A stretch of 64,000 nt of DNA from a virus, in the IMG/VR virus record IMGVR_UViG_3300036766_002281, positions 1 to 64,000 of that record. One strand, given 5' to 3'. The notes beneath the pieces were generated by a model, which was not told the DNA's origin, made no database searches, and saw nothing but the letters and a program-made list of their open reading frames with translations. Within the stretch, counting starts at the first letter, position 1; each line of letters opens with the position of its first letter. Shown here piece by piece: positions 38,401 through 47,046 of this stretch. The position numbers and the translations under genes were made by a program.

Positions 38401-39084
38401 ATGTTTAAAAAGGTTATAGTTGCAGTAGCATTATTGCTAGTTTGTTTTACCGTTAAGACGCAAACGCAGGCTCAGGCTGAAGATAGTTTGAAGCTTGAAA
38501 ATGTATCTGTGCATGTTGGAAATCATATTCTTTCTAGTGCTCCTTCAGGAATATCGGGAACTCAGTTCGAATACGGTATTGAAACTGAGTTTAACGTTAG
38601 ACATTGGAAGAATTGGAGGATAGCAGCATCTATCTCTAGATCATCTTCTTCTGGGTCTGAGGCATTTAAGGAATCATCTTCTTCATGCACAACAGTTTCA
38701 GCAGTTCATTACAACGATGATTATATGCCTCTGCCTACTTCGCATACTGTTTGCACAACTGCAGATTCAGTTTACTACAGCTCCAGTTCTTTGGATCTTT
38801 TAACTTTAGATCTTGGAATTAAAAGGCATTGGCATTTGCACAAACATCTTGAGACATCAGTTGGATTAGGATTGAATCACGTGAACGCAGATTTTCATTC
38901 TGGAGGTAGATCTGATACGAATTCAACGCTGGGAGTTTTTGTATCAACAGGAATTCAGCTAGAGCATAAAACATATCTATTTGGAGTAGATCTAAAAGCT
39001 AGCACAGATCCAGTAACGTTGAATGGCAACAGAGTAGATGTTGGTGGAACTTCTATTATGGTGCTGGCTGGAAAATCTTTCTAA
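38401..39084 (+). CDS. Outer-membrane beta-barrel protein
   Basis: Signal peptide ending AQA, alternating amphipathic strands, C-terminal Phe (LAGKSF). Confidence 0.7.
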   Translation: MFKKVIVAVALLLVCFTVKTQTQAQAEDSLKLENVSVHVGNHILSSAPSGISGTQFEYGIETEFNVRHWKNWRIAASISRSSSSGSEAFKESSSSCTTVSAVHYNDDYMPLPTSHTVCTTADSVYYSSSSLDLLTLDLGIKRHWHLHKHLETSVGLGLNHVNADFHSGGRSDTNSTLGVFVSTGIQLEHKTYLFGVDLKASTDPVTLNGNRVDVGGTSIMVLAGKSF

Positions 39085-39252
39085 CGTTAAACGAAAGAAC
39101 GTTACTAACGAAAGGAAATTGCTATTAAGGTTGTTCCTTCAACGGTAAATTTTACTTTAGATGATGTAGCAAGCAATCTACAGAATATCATCGAAAAGTT
39201 TGAAAAGCCCGGTACAGGTAGGTTAACTGATAACGTAAGCCATGTTGACTAC

Positions 39253-41160
39253 ATGGTTCATCAAGCTCAAGGACAGGATCTTTCTCTCGATACCTTTTTC
39301 AAGAAGCTTGGTGGGCCAGCCCCCAACATTATCGAATGGGCTTCTCGACCTGAGTATTTGAATTTTATTATTGAGGACGAGGATTCAGAAGAGTTAAGAG
39401 GAATCTACGAACACTATGGACAGTATGAAACATTAAGAGATTTTTTCGAACTACTGTGTCCAATTTGTTCTAGACCAGAAGATCAGGATTGTTGGGGTAA
39501 AAGTAGAGAAACTTTAGAAGCCCAAACTCTTTTGATATGGAGTGCCGAATACAAAGAAGACATTTGTCCAAAGTGCCATAGCACCAGATCTGAGTTAGAA
39601 GAATCTGGAATGTTTAATGCCTACGATACAATGCTTCTTATCGTAGGCATGCGATCGTCTAAATCAACAACAGCAGGAATAATTGGATCGTTCATTGAGC
39701 ATAAAGTTTTGCTATCTCCCTCACCTCAAAAGTTTTTAGGCCAGGCTCCTAGGCAGCTCTTCGAAGTATCCTTTGTTGCTACTACCGCCAAACAGAGTGA
39801 GAAAACTGTTTACGAAGTGTATAAAGGTTTGAGAGATAACTCTCCATGGGTACAATCTTACCTTAAACGCTTGAAAGAGATTGAAAAGTTCAAAGGTCAG
39901 TATTATGATGATGGAAGTAGTACATCGGTAAAATACAAGCATATCAACGTTAATTTCGAGAGTCTAAACAGTAACAGCAGTGGCATTGCTGGAGGAACTA
40001 GGATTGCTGCGTTTATAGATGAGTTGGCTCGGTTTGATACTACTGAAAGTAAAAGAAGCGCAAAAGAAATCTACCGAGTTTTTAATCAAGGACTTAGAAC
40101 AATTAGGTCGGTCAAAAAGCGCAAGAATATTCCTAATTGCTATGGATTGCTCGTTTCAACGACTTCTCCATTAACGGCAAGAGACTATTCCATGCAGTTA
40201 GGTCAAAAAGCGGCAATTTTGAAGAAGATGTATTTCATTCATAAATCAACCTGGGCTTTCAATCCTTACGAGCCGGAGGAAAATTTTGTAGAAGATTTTA
40301 AACTTGATCCTGCTGGAGCGGCTCGAGACTTTGGGGCAACCCCGCCACTTGCTGAAATACCATTCGTAACAGACGTGGAAAACTTCCATCGAAGCATTGA
40401 TGACCTATTAAAACCAACTGCTATCTTTAAATATATTAGTTCGAAAGATCCAACTGGAATTGATTATGTTGCTGCTCAGGTCGAGTTCTGTCAGTTGGAT
40501 AGAATCTCAAATAAAGTTATCTTTGGTGACGCTGGAAAATCTGGGGACAGTTTCGGACTGGCCTGCGCCCACGGAGAGTGGAAAACAATTGATATAGCCC
40601 ACGCTGCGACTAAGGTCTGGGTTACTGTGTTCGATTGGATAATGGCAATTGTTCCAACTCAAAATCCAAGAAGAATTGTTTCGTTTACTTGTATTCCATT
40701 ATTGGTTAAAGATCTTGCAACAAAGCATAAAATTGCTATGATAAGATTTGATAGATGGAATAGTGAATCTATTATACAAGAGCTCAGGCAATCGAGAATT
40801 GACTCGGATGTTTTCAAACTGAGGGTCGAACACTATAAAACTTTTATACAGGATGTATATGGAAGCAAGGTTTCAATGTTACCACCTCTTCCTTCTGATG
40901 CAGGAGAAGATCCTTACCATGGAATGAGTGCGCAGGGAAGAGTCATCCACGAAATTTTGCATTTGGAGAGATCCCCAGATCTAAAGTCAGTTGATCATAG
41001 AGCTGGAGAACATAATGATCTCGCCGTTTGTGTTGTTGGGGCACATTATCTGGTTCAATCTGTTTTACCGACGCACTTTCTCGGTGGAGCCGGATCTGCG
41101 CAAGGAGTACAGCATGCTCAAGATTTTGTAGGAAGTATTGGAAAGTTTCGTCGGTGGTAA
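39253..41160 (+). CDS. terL: Terminase large subunit (frame is open back to 39109)
   Basis: LIVGMRSSKST (Walker A-like), ATTAKQS, AFIDE (Walker B), STTSP, nuclease FGDAG..GD, FDRWNS, HNDLA; N-terminal CPIC/CPKC. Confidence 0.85.
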   Translation: MVHQAQGQDLSLDTFFKKLGGPAPNIIEWASRPEYLNFIIEDEDSEELRGIYEHYGQYETLRDFFELLCPICSRPEDQDCWGKSRETLEAQTLLIWSAEYKEDICPKCHSTRSELEESGMFNAYDTMLLIVGMRSSKSTTAGIIGSFIEHKVLLSPSPQKFLGQAPRQLFEVSFVATTAKQSEKTVYEVYKGLRDNSPWVQSYLKRLKEIEKFKGQYYDDGSSTSVKYKHINVNFESLNSNSSGIAGGTRIAAFIDELARFDTTESKRSAKEIYRVFNQGLRTIRSVKKRKNIPNCYGLLVSTTSPLTARDYSMQLGQKAAILKKMYFIHKSTWAFNPYEPEENFVEDFKLDPAGAARDFGATPPLAEIPFVTDVENFHRSIDDLLKPTAIFKYISSKDPTGIDYVAAQVEFCQLDRISNKVIFGDAGKSGDSFGLACAHGEWKTIDIAHAATKVWVTVFDWIMAIVPTQNPRRIVSFTCIPLLVKDLATKHKIAMIRFDRWNSESIIQELRQSRIDSDVFKLRVEHYKTFIQDVYGSKVSMLPPLPSDAGEDPYHGMSAQGRVIHEILHLERSPDLKSVDHRAGEHNDLAVCVVGAHYLVQSVLPTHFLGGAGSAQGVQHAQDFVGSIGKFRRW

Positions 41161-41189
41161 ATGTTTTAGTAAAAATGGAGGGAATTTGA

Positions 41190-41621
41190 ATGCAAGATTC
41201 AATTACCATTAAAGATGAAAGAGCTACGACTAGTAAGGTAGGAAAGTATTTTTGTAAGATAGCTGGTATAATTAATTTTGAAGGATTGGGTAGTTCAGGT
41301 CCGTTTGATACAGAAGAAGAAGCTATTCAAGCTGGTTGTAAAGAATGGTCCGGTCAAGTATTTATGGTTGGAAGAGGAGAACTTAGGGCACCAAGATTAA
41401 ACGGGTATGCGTTAATAGATCAATGCTATCAGAATTTTTTGGAAGAAACACATTTGGATTCTGTCGTTGATACTTGGCTTCTGAATGTTACTAAGGGGCA
41501 TGAAAAAGATTTAAGCGCAATGATTTCTAAAACTTTTTCAGAATGGTTAGAAAAATATGGCTTCGATCATTACTGGGAAATTATTAAAGTAACTAGAATA
41601 ATTAATATTGATGTAAAATGA
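41190..41621 (+). CDS. Hypothetical protein
   Basis: SD GGAGGG; GPFDTEEEAI. Confidence 0.6.
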   Translation: MQDSITIKDERATTSKVGKYFCKIAGIINFEGLGSSGPFDTEEEAIQAGCKEWSGQVFMVGRGELRAPRLNGYALIDQCYQNFLEETHLDSVVDTWLLNVTKGHEKDLSAMISKTFSEWLEKYGFDHYWEIIKVTRIINIDVK

Positions 41622-41727
41622 AAGATCATCTTAATAAATATGGTCCTGAGTATTTTTTAGTAGTTTATGTAATAGTTTTTCTTAGTTTTGTTTATTGGCT
41701 TTCAAATTTAAAATGAAGGAGTATTAA

Positions 41728-42174
41728 ATGAAAAAATCATTTGTCGAATTAACTAGTAATCAGATTCTTGAGAAGTTTCCAGATGCTACTCAAGTCAACT
41801 CATTTTTTGAAATTGCTCAGGCTATGATTGATTCTGGAGTAGAAGAGAAAGAGATTAAGAAGACCTTGAAAGAGTTGTATGGTGCTACGAAAGAAGATTT
41901 AGAAAGGTTGACTGAAAAGTTTTTCAAACGTAAGCAAGGGGAAGTCGAAAAAACTGCCGGAAAAGAATCTGATGAAGTTATACGAGAAGAGTTAGCTACT
42001 GTTAGAAATGAAATGAATCGTCTGATAGGAAGATTAGAATTTTTAGAAGGAAATATTCCTATAACTCAATCAGATTTAGAATCTAAAATTTATGATATTG
42101 TAAAAGAATTTGATAACACTTTACAACTGTTGAATACTTTGGTGGAGTCCTTAACAGAATCCAAAGAAAGTTGA
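41728..42174 (+). CDS. Acidic helical protein, possible internal head protein
   Basis: SD GAAGGAG; central EKTA. Confidence 0.6.
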   Translation: MKKSFVELTSNQILEKFPDATQVNSFFEIAQAMIDSGVEEKEIKKTLKELYGATKEDLERLTEKFFKRKQGEVEKTAGKESDEVIREELATVRNEMNRLIGRLEFLEGNIPITQSDLESKIYDIVKEFDNTLQLLNTLVESLTESKES

Positions 42175-42354
42175 CTTTCAGATAAAGGAACAAATGCGAA
42201 AACAATATAGAATCAAGCGTAGATCATGTGCGATGTGCAAGCCAAACAAAATGGGCTGGGCAAATAGATTTACAAGTAAGGAGCAGGGCCTTCAAAAAGT
42301 TCACGATAAAGAAATCAAAGATACCTTACAACGAGGACAATCGAGGAGAAGCTA

Positions 42355-44361
42355 ATGCCAGGAAATTTAATTAATATAACGGTAATGAATCAAAGCACTG
42401 TTTTAACTGACGGAGCTATTCTTGCTAGTATTCCTGATTTTCAAGTGCAGATTAGTAGAGATTTTGCCCCAGCATGGGGAGTAGATGCTGCCTTGAACTT
42501 TTTATCATCAAGCGAGATCGCAGATCATCCTGAAAAATTAGCAGACGTGGCTAATCATTATTGGCTAGTAATTTTGGATACAAGTGACGTTGCTTGTTTT
42601 ACAGGAGATACCAAAGTATCTTTAATGAATGGAACTGAAGTAACTTTTAAGGACCTTGTAGAAAAATATTCCGATAAACAATTTTATGTATATTCTTATG
42701 ATATTGAAAATCAGGAAATAGTTCCAGGGCTGGCACATTCCCCCAGACTAGCAAAACAGAATTCCAAACTAGTAGAAGTTGAATTAGATAATGGTGAAAA
42801 AATTAAATGTACCCCTGATCATTTATTTTTAATGAGAGATGGAACGTATAAAGAAGCTCAAGATTTGAAAGAAAATGATTCTCTTATGCCGTTGTATAGA
42901 AGTTTTACTGTTAAGGATCCGCATAAGAGAGTGAGAGTTGGTTATGAGTTATGTCATGCTGGCAGTTGTTCTGAAGAACAATTTACCCATTATTTATCTG
43001 GTAAGTTATCGAATACTGGCAGTTGTTCTGTTTGTGGTTCAATTCTTCCAGATTATGCTCATCAAATAAGACATCATAGAGATTTTAATAAACTAAATAA
43101 TTCTCCTGAAAATATCCAATGGCTTACTTCTCTAGAACATGCAGAGCTTCATCAACGTCTTTCTAGAAATCTTGCTATGTATGCTAAAACAGAAAAGCAT
43201 AAAAAAAGAGCTAGTGAAACGTTGAAAAAATGGTGGCTATATTCCCGAGATATTATGTTAGAAGGTTGCCGTAAAGGAGGGGCTTCTGTTGATGGGACAA
43301 AAAATCTTATGGAATGGAATAAATCTGAAGAAGGTAAAAAGCTTTCACTGGAAATGGTTGATAAATTTTTAATACCTTATGCTAGATCTAAAGAAAATAG
43401 AGAAAAAATGAGATTGCTAGGTCCAGAAAGACTAACAGCTTACAATGTATCAGATAAGGGAAGATTAAAATCGAGAGAAACAGCTTTAAAAAAGCATCGT
43501 GAAGGTATCTTAAATCCAAAAGAGTTTGTAACGCAATTGCATAAAGAAGGAAAACTTCCAGGATTTAATAATCATGATAGATGGCATGTAAAAAGAGAGA
43601 TTAAAAAAGAAGATTGTATAGATTGTAATTTAGACACTTTGTTTGAAAATTGTGTTCCTGAAGCCATGAAAGAATTGCAATTTAATCACAAAGTAGTATC
43701 GGTAAAATTTCTTAATCATGTTGAAGATGTTTATGATATTACCGTAGAAAAATACCATAATTTTGCTTTGACCTCAGGAGTTTTTGTACATAATTCAGCT
43801 CTCGGATATCATGATTTGAACCCAGCGGGTTATCCTATTTCAAAAGTATTTGCAAAATCTGATCTAGACTATGGGACTAGCTGGACTAATACAGTAAGTC
43901 ATGAATTATTGGAAATGCTGGCGGATCCGAATATTAATAAAACGGCTCAAGTACAAGATCCAGGAACTGGAAGAGATGTTTTTTATGCTATCGAAGTGTG
44001 CGACGCCCCGGAAGCAGACCGCTACGGGTATCTGATTAATAATACCTTAGTATCTGATTTTGTATTTCCAAGCTGGTTTCAACCTTTCGGCCGAGCTCCT
44101 TTTGATCATTGTAACCATATCACTGCTCCATTTCAATTGATGCCTGGTGGGTATATTGGAAAGTATGATTCAGCTCAAGGGGGCTGGACTCAGGTAACTG
44201 CTGAATCTGTGACATCTGCGAAGGTTATTCTGCATCAAGGTTTGTCAATTGATTCGTTTAAAAGATCTTACGGTTCTATTCCAAAAGTTGGAAGTCGTAG
44301 GGAACGTAGAAGCAGGCCTCACTATCAATGGATTCATAGTCAAATCAAATCTGGGTCATGA
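42355..44361 (+). CDS. Metallopeptidase-like protein (SHELLEMLADP) interrupted by an intein
   Basis: Spliced exteins read DTSDVA|SALGYHD...SHELLEMLADP...EVCD. Confidence 0.7.
   Translation: MPGNLINITVMNQSTVLTDGAILASIPDFQVQISRDFAPAWGVDAALNFLSSSEIADHPEKLADVANHYWLVILDTSDVACFTGDTKVSLMNGTEVTFKDLVEKYSDKQFYVYSYDIENQEIVPGLAHSPRLAKQNSKLVEVELDNGEKIKCTPDHLFLMRDGTYKEAQDLKENDSLMPLYRSFTVKDPHKRVRVGYELCHAGSCSEEQFTHYLSGKLSNTGSCSVCGSILPDYAHQIRHHRDFNKLNNSPENIQWLTSLEHAELHQRLSRNLAMYAKTEKHKKRASETLKKWWLYSRDIMLEGCRKGGASVDGTKNLMEWNKSEEGKKLSLEMVDKFLIPYARSKENREKMRLLGPERLTAYNVSDKGRLKSRETALKKHREGILNPKEFVTQLHKEGKLPGFNNHDRWHVKREIKKEDCIDCNLDTLFENCVPEAMKELQFNHKVVSVKFLNHVEDVYDITVEKYHNFALTSGVFVHNSALGYHDLNPAGYPISKVFAKSDLDYGTSWTNTVSHELLEMLADPNINKTAQVQDPGTGRDVFYAIEVCDAPEADRYGYLINNTLVSDFVFPSWFQPFGRAPFDHCNHITAPFQLMPGGYIGKYDSAQGGWTQVTAESVTSAKVILHQGLSIDSFKRSYGSIPKVGSRRERRSRPHYQWIHSQIKSGS
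42595..43794 (+). mobile_element. Intein (400 aa) with HNH endonuclease
   Basis: CFTGDT start, CTPDHLF block B, HHRDFNKLNNSPENIQ HNH, VYDITV...HNF...VHN|S end. Confidence 0.92.
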
Positions 44362-44546
44362 AAAATTCTTTAATCTATTTAGGTATTTACATTTTTGGGT
44401 TTGTTTCCCCGTTTGTACTTGGCGTCATATTGCCATGTATTGTAGATTATTTCGATAACAGAAAAAGGGAAAAAGGAATAGCCAACGAATGGAAAGAATG
44501 GAATGAGAGACGAATCAATTCTCATACTCATAGAAGAAGTTCTTAA
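44358..44546 (+). CDS. Small membrane protein
   Basis: Single TM and charged tail. Confidence 0.45.
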   Translation: MKNSLIYLGIYIFGFVSPFVLGVILPCIVDYFDNRKREKGIANEWKEWNERRINSHTHRRSS

Positions 44547-46170
44547 ACGAAATTGGTCCAAAGTAAAAGAACTCGTTCACGCACTGGGAGAAAAACTTAG
44601 TCCTGATGAATTTGAAAAGGAACTAAGTCCTTTATCAATTTTTATTAGGTTATACAAAGATGTTGGCCTTTCGGCTCTAGACATAGTACGAGATTATGAA
44701 GAGCAGATATGGTCCATGAAAAAAGATTCTGACTATGTAGATCATGGAATGTATTCTTTAACCAGAAATAAGATGAAGCCTTTTGAAATGGAACCAACTA
44801 AAGGGCCATATCCAAGAGCCTTATCTCCAGTTCAAAAAAGTATTGGAGATATTTCTATGTTCGATCGTATTAGCAGCTCTTTTCAATCTGTTTTGAAATC
44901 GTTAAGAAAGAGATTAGTAACTGCTGATAAAACATTGTTTGAAAACAAGTGGACCTGCATCAAGGAAACCGACGACGGATATGTTTACTATGAAGGAATT
45001 GATGGGGTAGGGGTTCTTCCCTACAAAATTGATGAAGATACGAATAAGATATCGTACCTGGTTCGGGACGAGCACAATCCACTGTTCCAAAACTTTATCA
45101 CAGTTGTTACAGGAAGACGAGCAGAGGATGAGCACGATGATGAGAATTGGATGATCAATACTGCCGTAAGAGAGCTCTTCGAAGAGGCAGGAATTGAAGC
45201 TGAGCCAGAAAGATTTACGTATGTTGGGGAACTTGCCAATGGTAAAGGAAGTACTCCAACAGATAAGTTATTTATCGTAGACGTTACTGGGCTGGAACAG
45301 ACAACGCCAGAAACAGATGGATCTTCCTACGAGGCCAAGAGCAGTAATTTCTGGGTTGACCAAGACGAATTCAATCAGCATTGTGCTAATTCCTTTTGTC
45401 CCTACCTTCCAAAATTTCTTAGTAAATTAGTACAAATCCACAACGAATCTTCTAAGGAAGGTTGCTTAGCAAGCGTAGGAGTAGCAGATCTAATCAAGGA
45501 AGCAAGTGAATCTTTAATGCTGACTCCAAAGAATACTGATCTGGCTCCACAAGTAGATTGGAGGTACCCCGTAAGGCAAGAAAATCCGGGTATAGGGCAT
45601 AGACCATTTATGAGGAATGATCTACCGTTTACTAGATTGAAACCATCAGAAGAAGATTCTCATACGTTCTTCTTCGGTCCTGCCTTTCCTCAGAACTTAA
45701 CAAAATTGAGAAAGGTTAAGAAGTCTTCTTATTTCCCTAGAGTTTTTCTTTGCATTCCAAGATTCAAGATAGCTCAGGAGAAGCAAGTAACCCCTTACAT
45801 TGGGGTTGATTTGGATGGAACACTTGCTCATTATGACAAGTGGAGAGGAATTGAGCATGTCGGCAAACCTATTATGACAATGATAAATCGGGTAAAAGAA
45901 TGGTTACAACTAGGAATTAGGGTTAAAGTATTTACAGCAAGAGCTTCTGAACCTGCAGCCATTCCTTATATTGCTAAATGGTTGGAGGAACAAGGTCTTG
46001 GTGGTCTTGAGATAACCAACATCAAAGATCATTATATGATACAAATCTGGGACGATCGTGCAGTAGCAGTTATCCCGAACACGGGTATCCCAGTAATGGA
46101 AAACCCAGATGAGAGAGTATTGGATGAGACCCGTAAAGAGTTGGAGTTAGTTGAAAAGGAGTATAGATAA
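44503..46170 (+). CDS. Multidomain protein: NUDIX hydrolase plus HAD phosphatase
   Basis: G...TAVRELFEEAGI NUDIX box; IGVDLDGTL, FTAR, K, WDDRA HAD motifs. Confidence 0.8.
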   Translation: MRDESILILIEEVLKRNWSKVKELVHALGEKLSPDEFEKELSPLSIFIRLYKDVGLSALDIVRDYEEQIWSMKKDSDYVDHGMYSLTRNKMKPFEMEPTKGPYPRALSPVQKSIGDISMFDRISSSFQSVLKSLRKRLVTADKTLFENKWTCIKETDDGYVYYEGIDGVGVLPYKIDEDTNKISYLVRDEHNPLFQNFITVVTGRRAEDEHDDENWMINTAVRELFEEAGIEAEPERFTYVGELANGKGSTPTDKLFIVDVTGLEQTTPETDGSSYEAKSSNFWVDQDEFNQHCANSFCPYLPKFLSKLVQIHNESSKEGCLASVGVADLIKEASESLMLTPKNTDLAPQVDWRYPVRQENPGIGHRPFMRNDLPFTRLKPSEEDSHTFFFGPAFPQNLTKLRKVKKSSYFPRVFLCIPRFKIAQEKQVTPYIGVDLDGTLAHYDKWRGIEHVGKPIMTMINRVKEWLQLGIRVKVFTARASEPAAIPYIAKWLEEQGLGGLEITNIKDHYMIQIWDDRAVAVIPNTGIPVMENPDERVLDETRKELELVEKEYR

Positions 46171-46735
46171 CCAAGTGCAAACTATTCAACTAACTCAGAA
46201 TCAAACGACTATTGTTTCTGATGAAGACTTTGAATATCTAAATCAATTCAAATGGTATGTTCTTAAATCTTTGACTTCCTCTGGAATAGAAAAATTCTAT
46301 GCTGTGAGAAATATTCGTAATCTTGCAACAGGAAAACAAATTCTTGTGTTTATGCATCATGAAATTATACGTCGCATAATTTCAGTCGAAGAATACCAAT
46401 CTTATAGAGATCAAGGTCTACTGATAGATCATAAGAACAGAAACAGGCTCGACAATCAACGACCTAATCTCCGCTGGGCTACTTCTCAACAAAATAATTG
46501 GAATCGATCTTTTCAATCGAACAATACTGATAAATACAAAGGTGCTAATAGGCAAGTAAGTAAATACAAAGATAAAATATATCTAAGCTGGCATTCAGAA
46601 CTAGGGTACAACAAGCAGAGAATTTCTTTAGGGTATTTCAAAACCGCACTAGAAGCAGCTCTAAGGTACGATAGTTTTGCAAGATTTTTATACGGCGAAT
46701 TTGCTGTCTTGAATTTTCCAGATTCATATTACTAG
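46151..46735 (+). CDS. HNH-AP2 homing endonuclease
   Basis: IDHKNRNRLDNQRPNLRWAT and LGYFKTALEAALRYD...YGEFAVLNF. Confidence 0.88.
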   Translation: MKRSIDNQVQTIQLTQNQTTIVSDEDFEYLNQFKWYVLKSLTSSGIEKFYAVRNIRNLATGKQILVFMHHEIIRRIISVEEYQSYRDQGLLIDHKNRNRLDNQRPNLRWATSQQNNWNRSFQSNNTDKYKGANRQVSKYKDKIYLSWHSELGYNKQRISLGYFKTALEAALRYDSFARFLYGEFAVLNFPDSYY

Positions 46736-46755
46736 ATCAATACTAAAATCAAAGG

Positions 46756-47046
46756 ATGTATATGGTTACTGGATATACCAATTACTTTCGAGACAAATGG
46801 AAGCAACAATTCCAGGAAGAGCCATCTGTTGAAAAACTAAACAAGCAGATGGATCTCAGCATAAGGATTCAGCCTTACTTGATTTTCTGGGACAGTAAGG
46901 CAGCAAAACTGGTAAAGATTCTTGCCTCGTATTGGATTCCTGATAGTAATATCGTTGTGAAGGTGGATTTTGAAAGCAAGTCATTCGTAACGTACTACTC
47001 ACCTCAAGATATTACAAGTGAGGTAGAAAAGGTAGTAGGAACATGA
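46756..47046 (+). CDS. Hypothetical protein
   Basis: Operonic ORF, ATGA overlap. Confidence 0.55.
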   Translation: MYMVTGYTNYFRDKWKQQFQEEPSVEKLNKQMDLSIRIQPYLIFWDSKAAKLVKILASYWIPDSNIVVKVDFESKSFVTYYSPQDITSEVEKVVGT

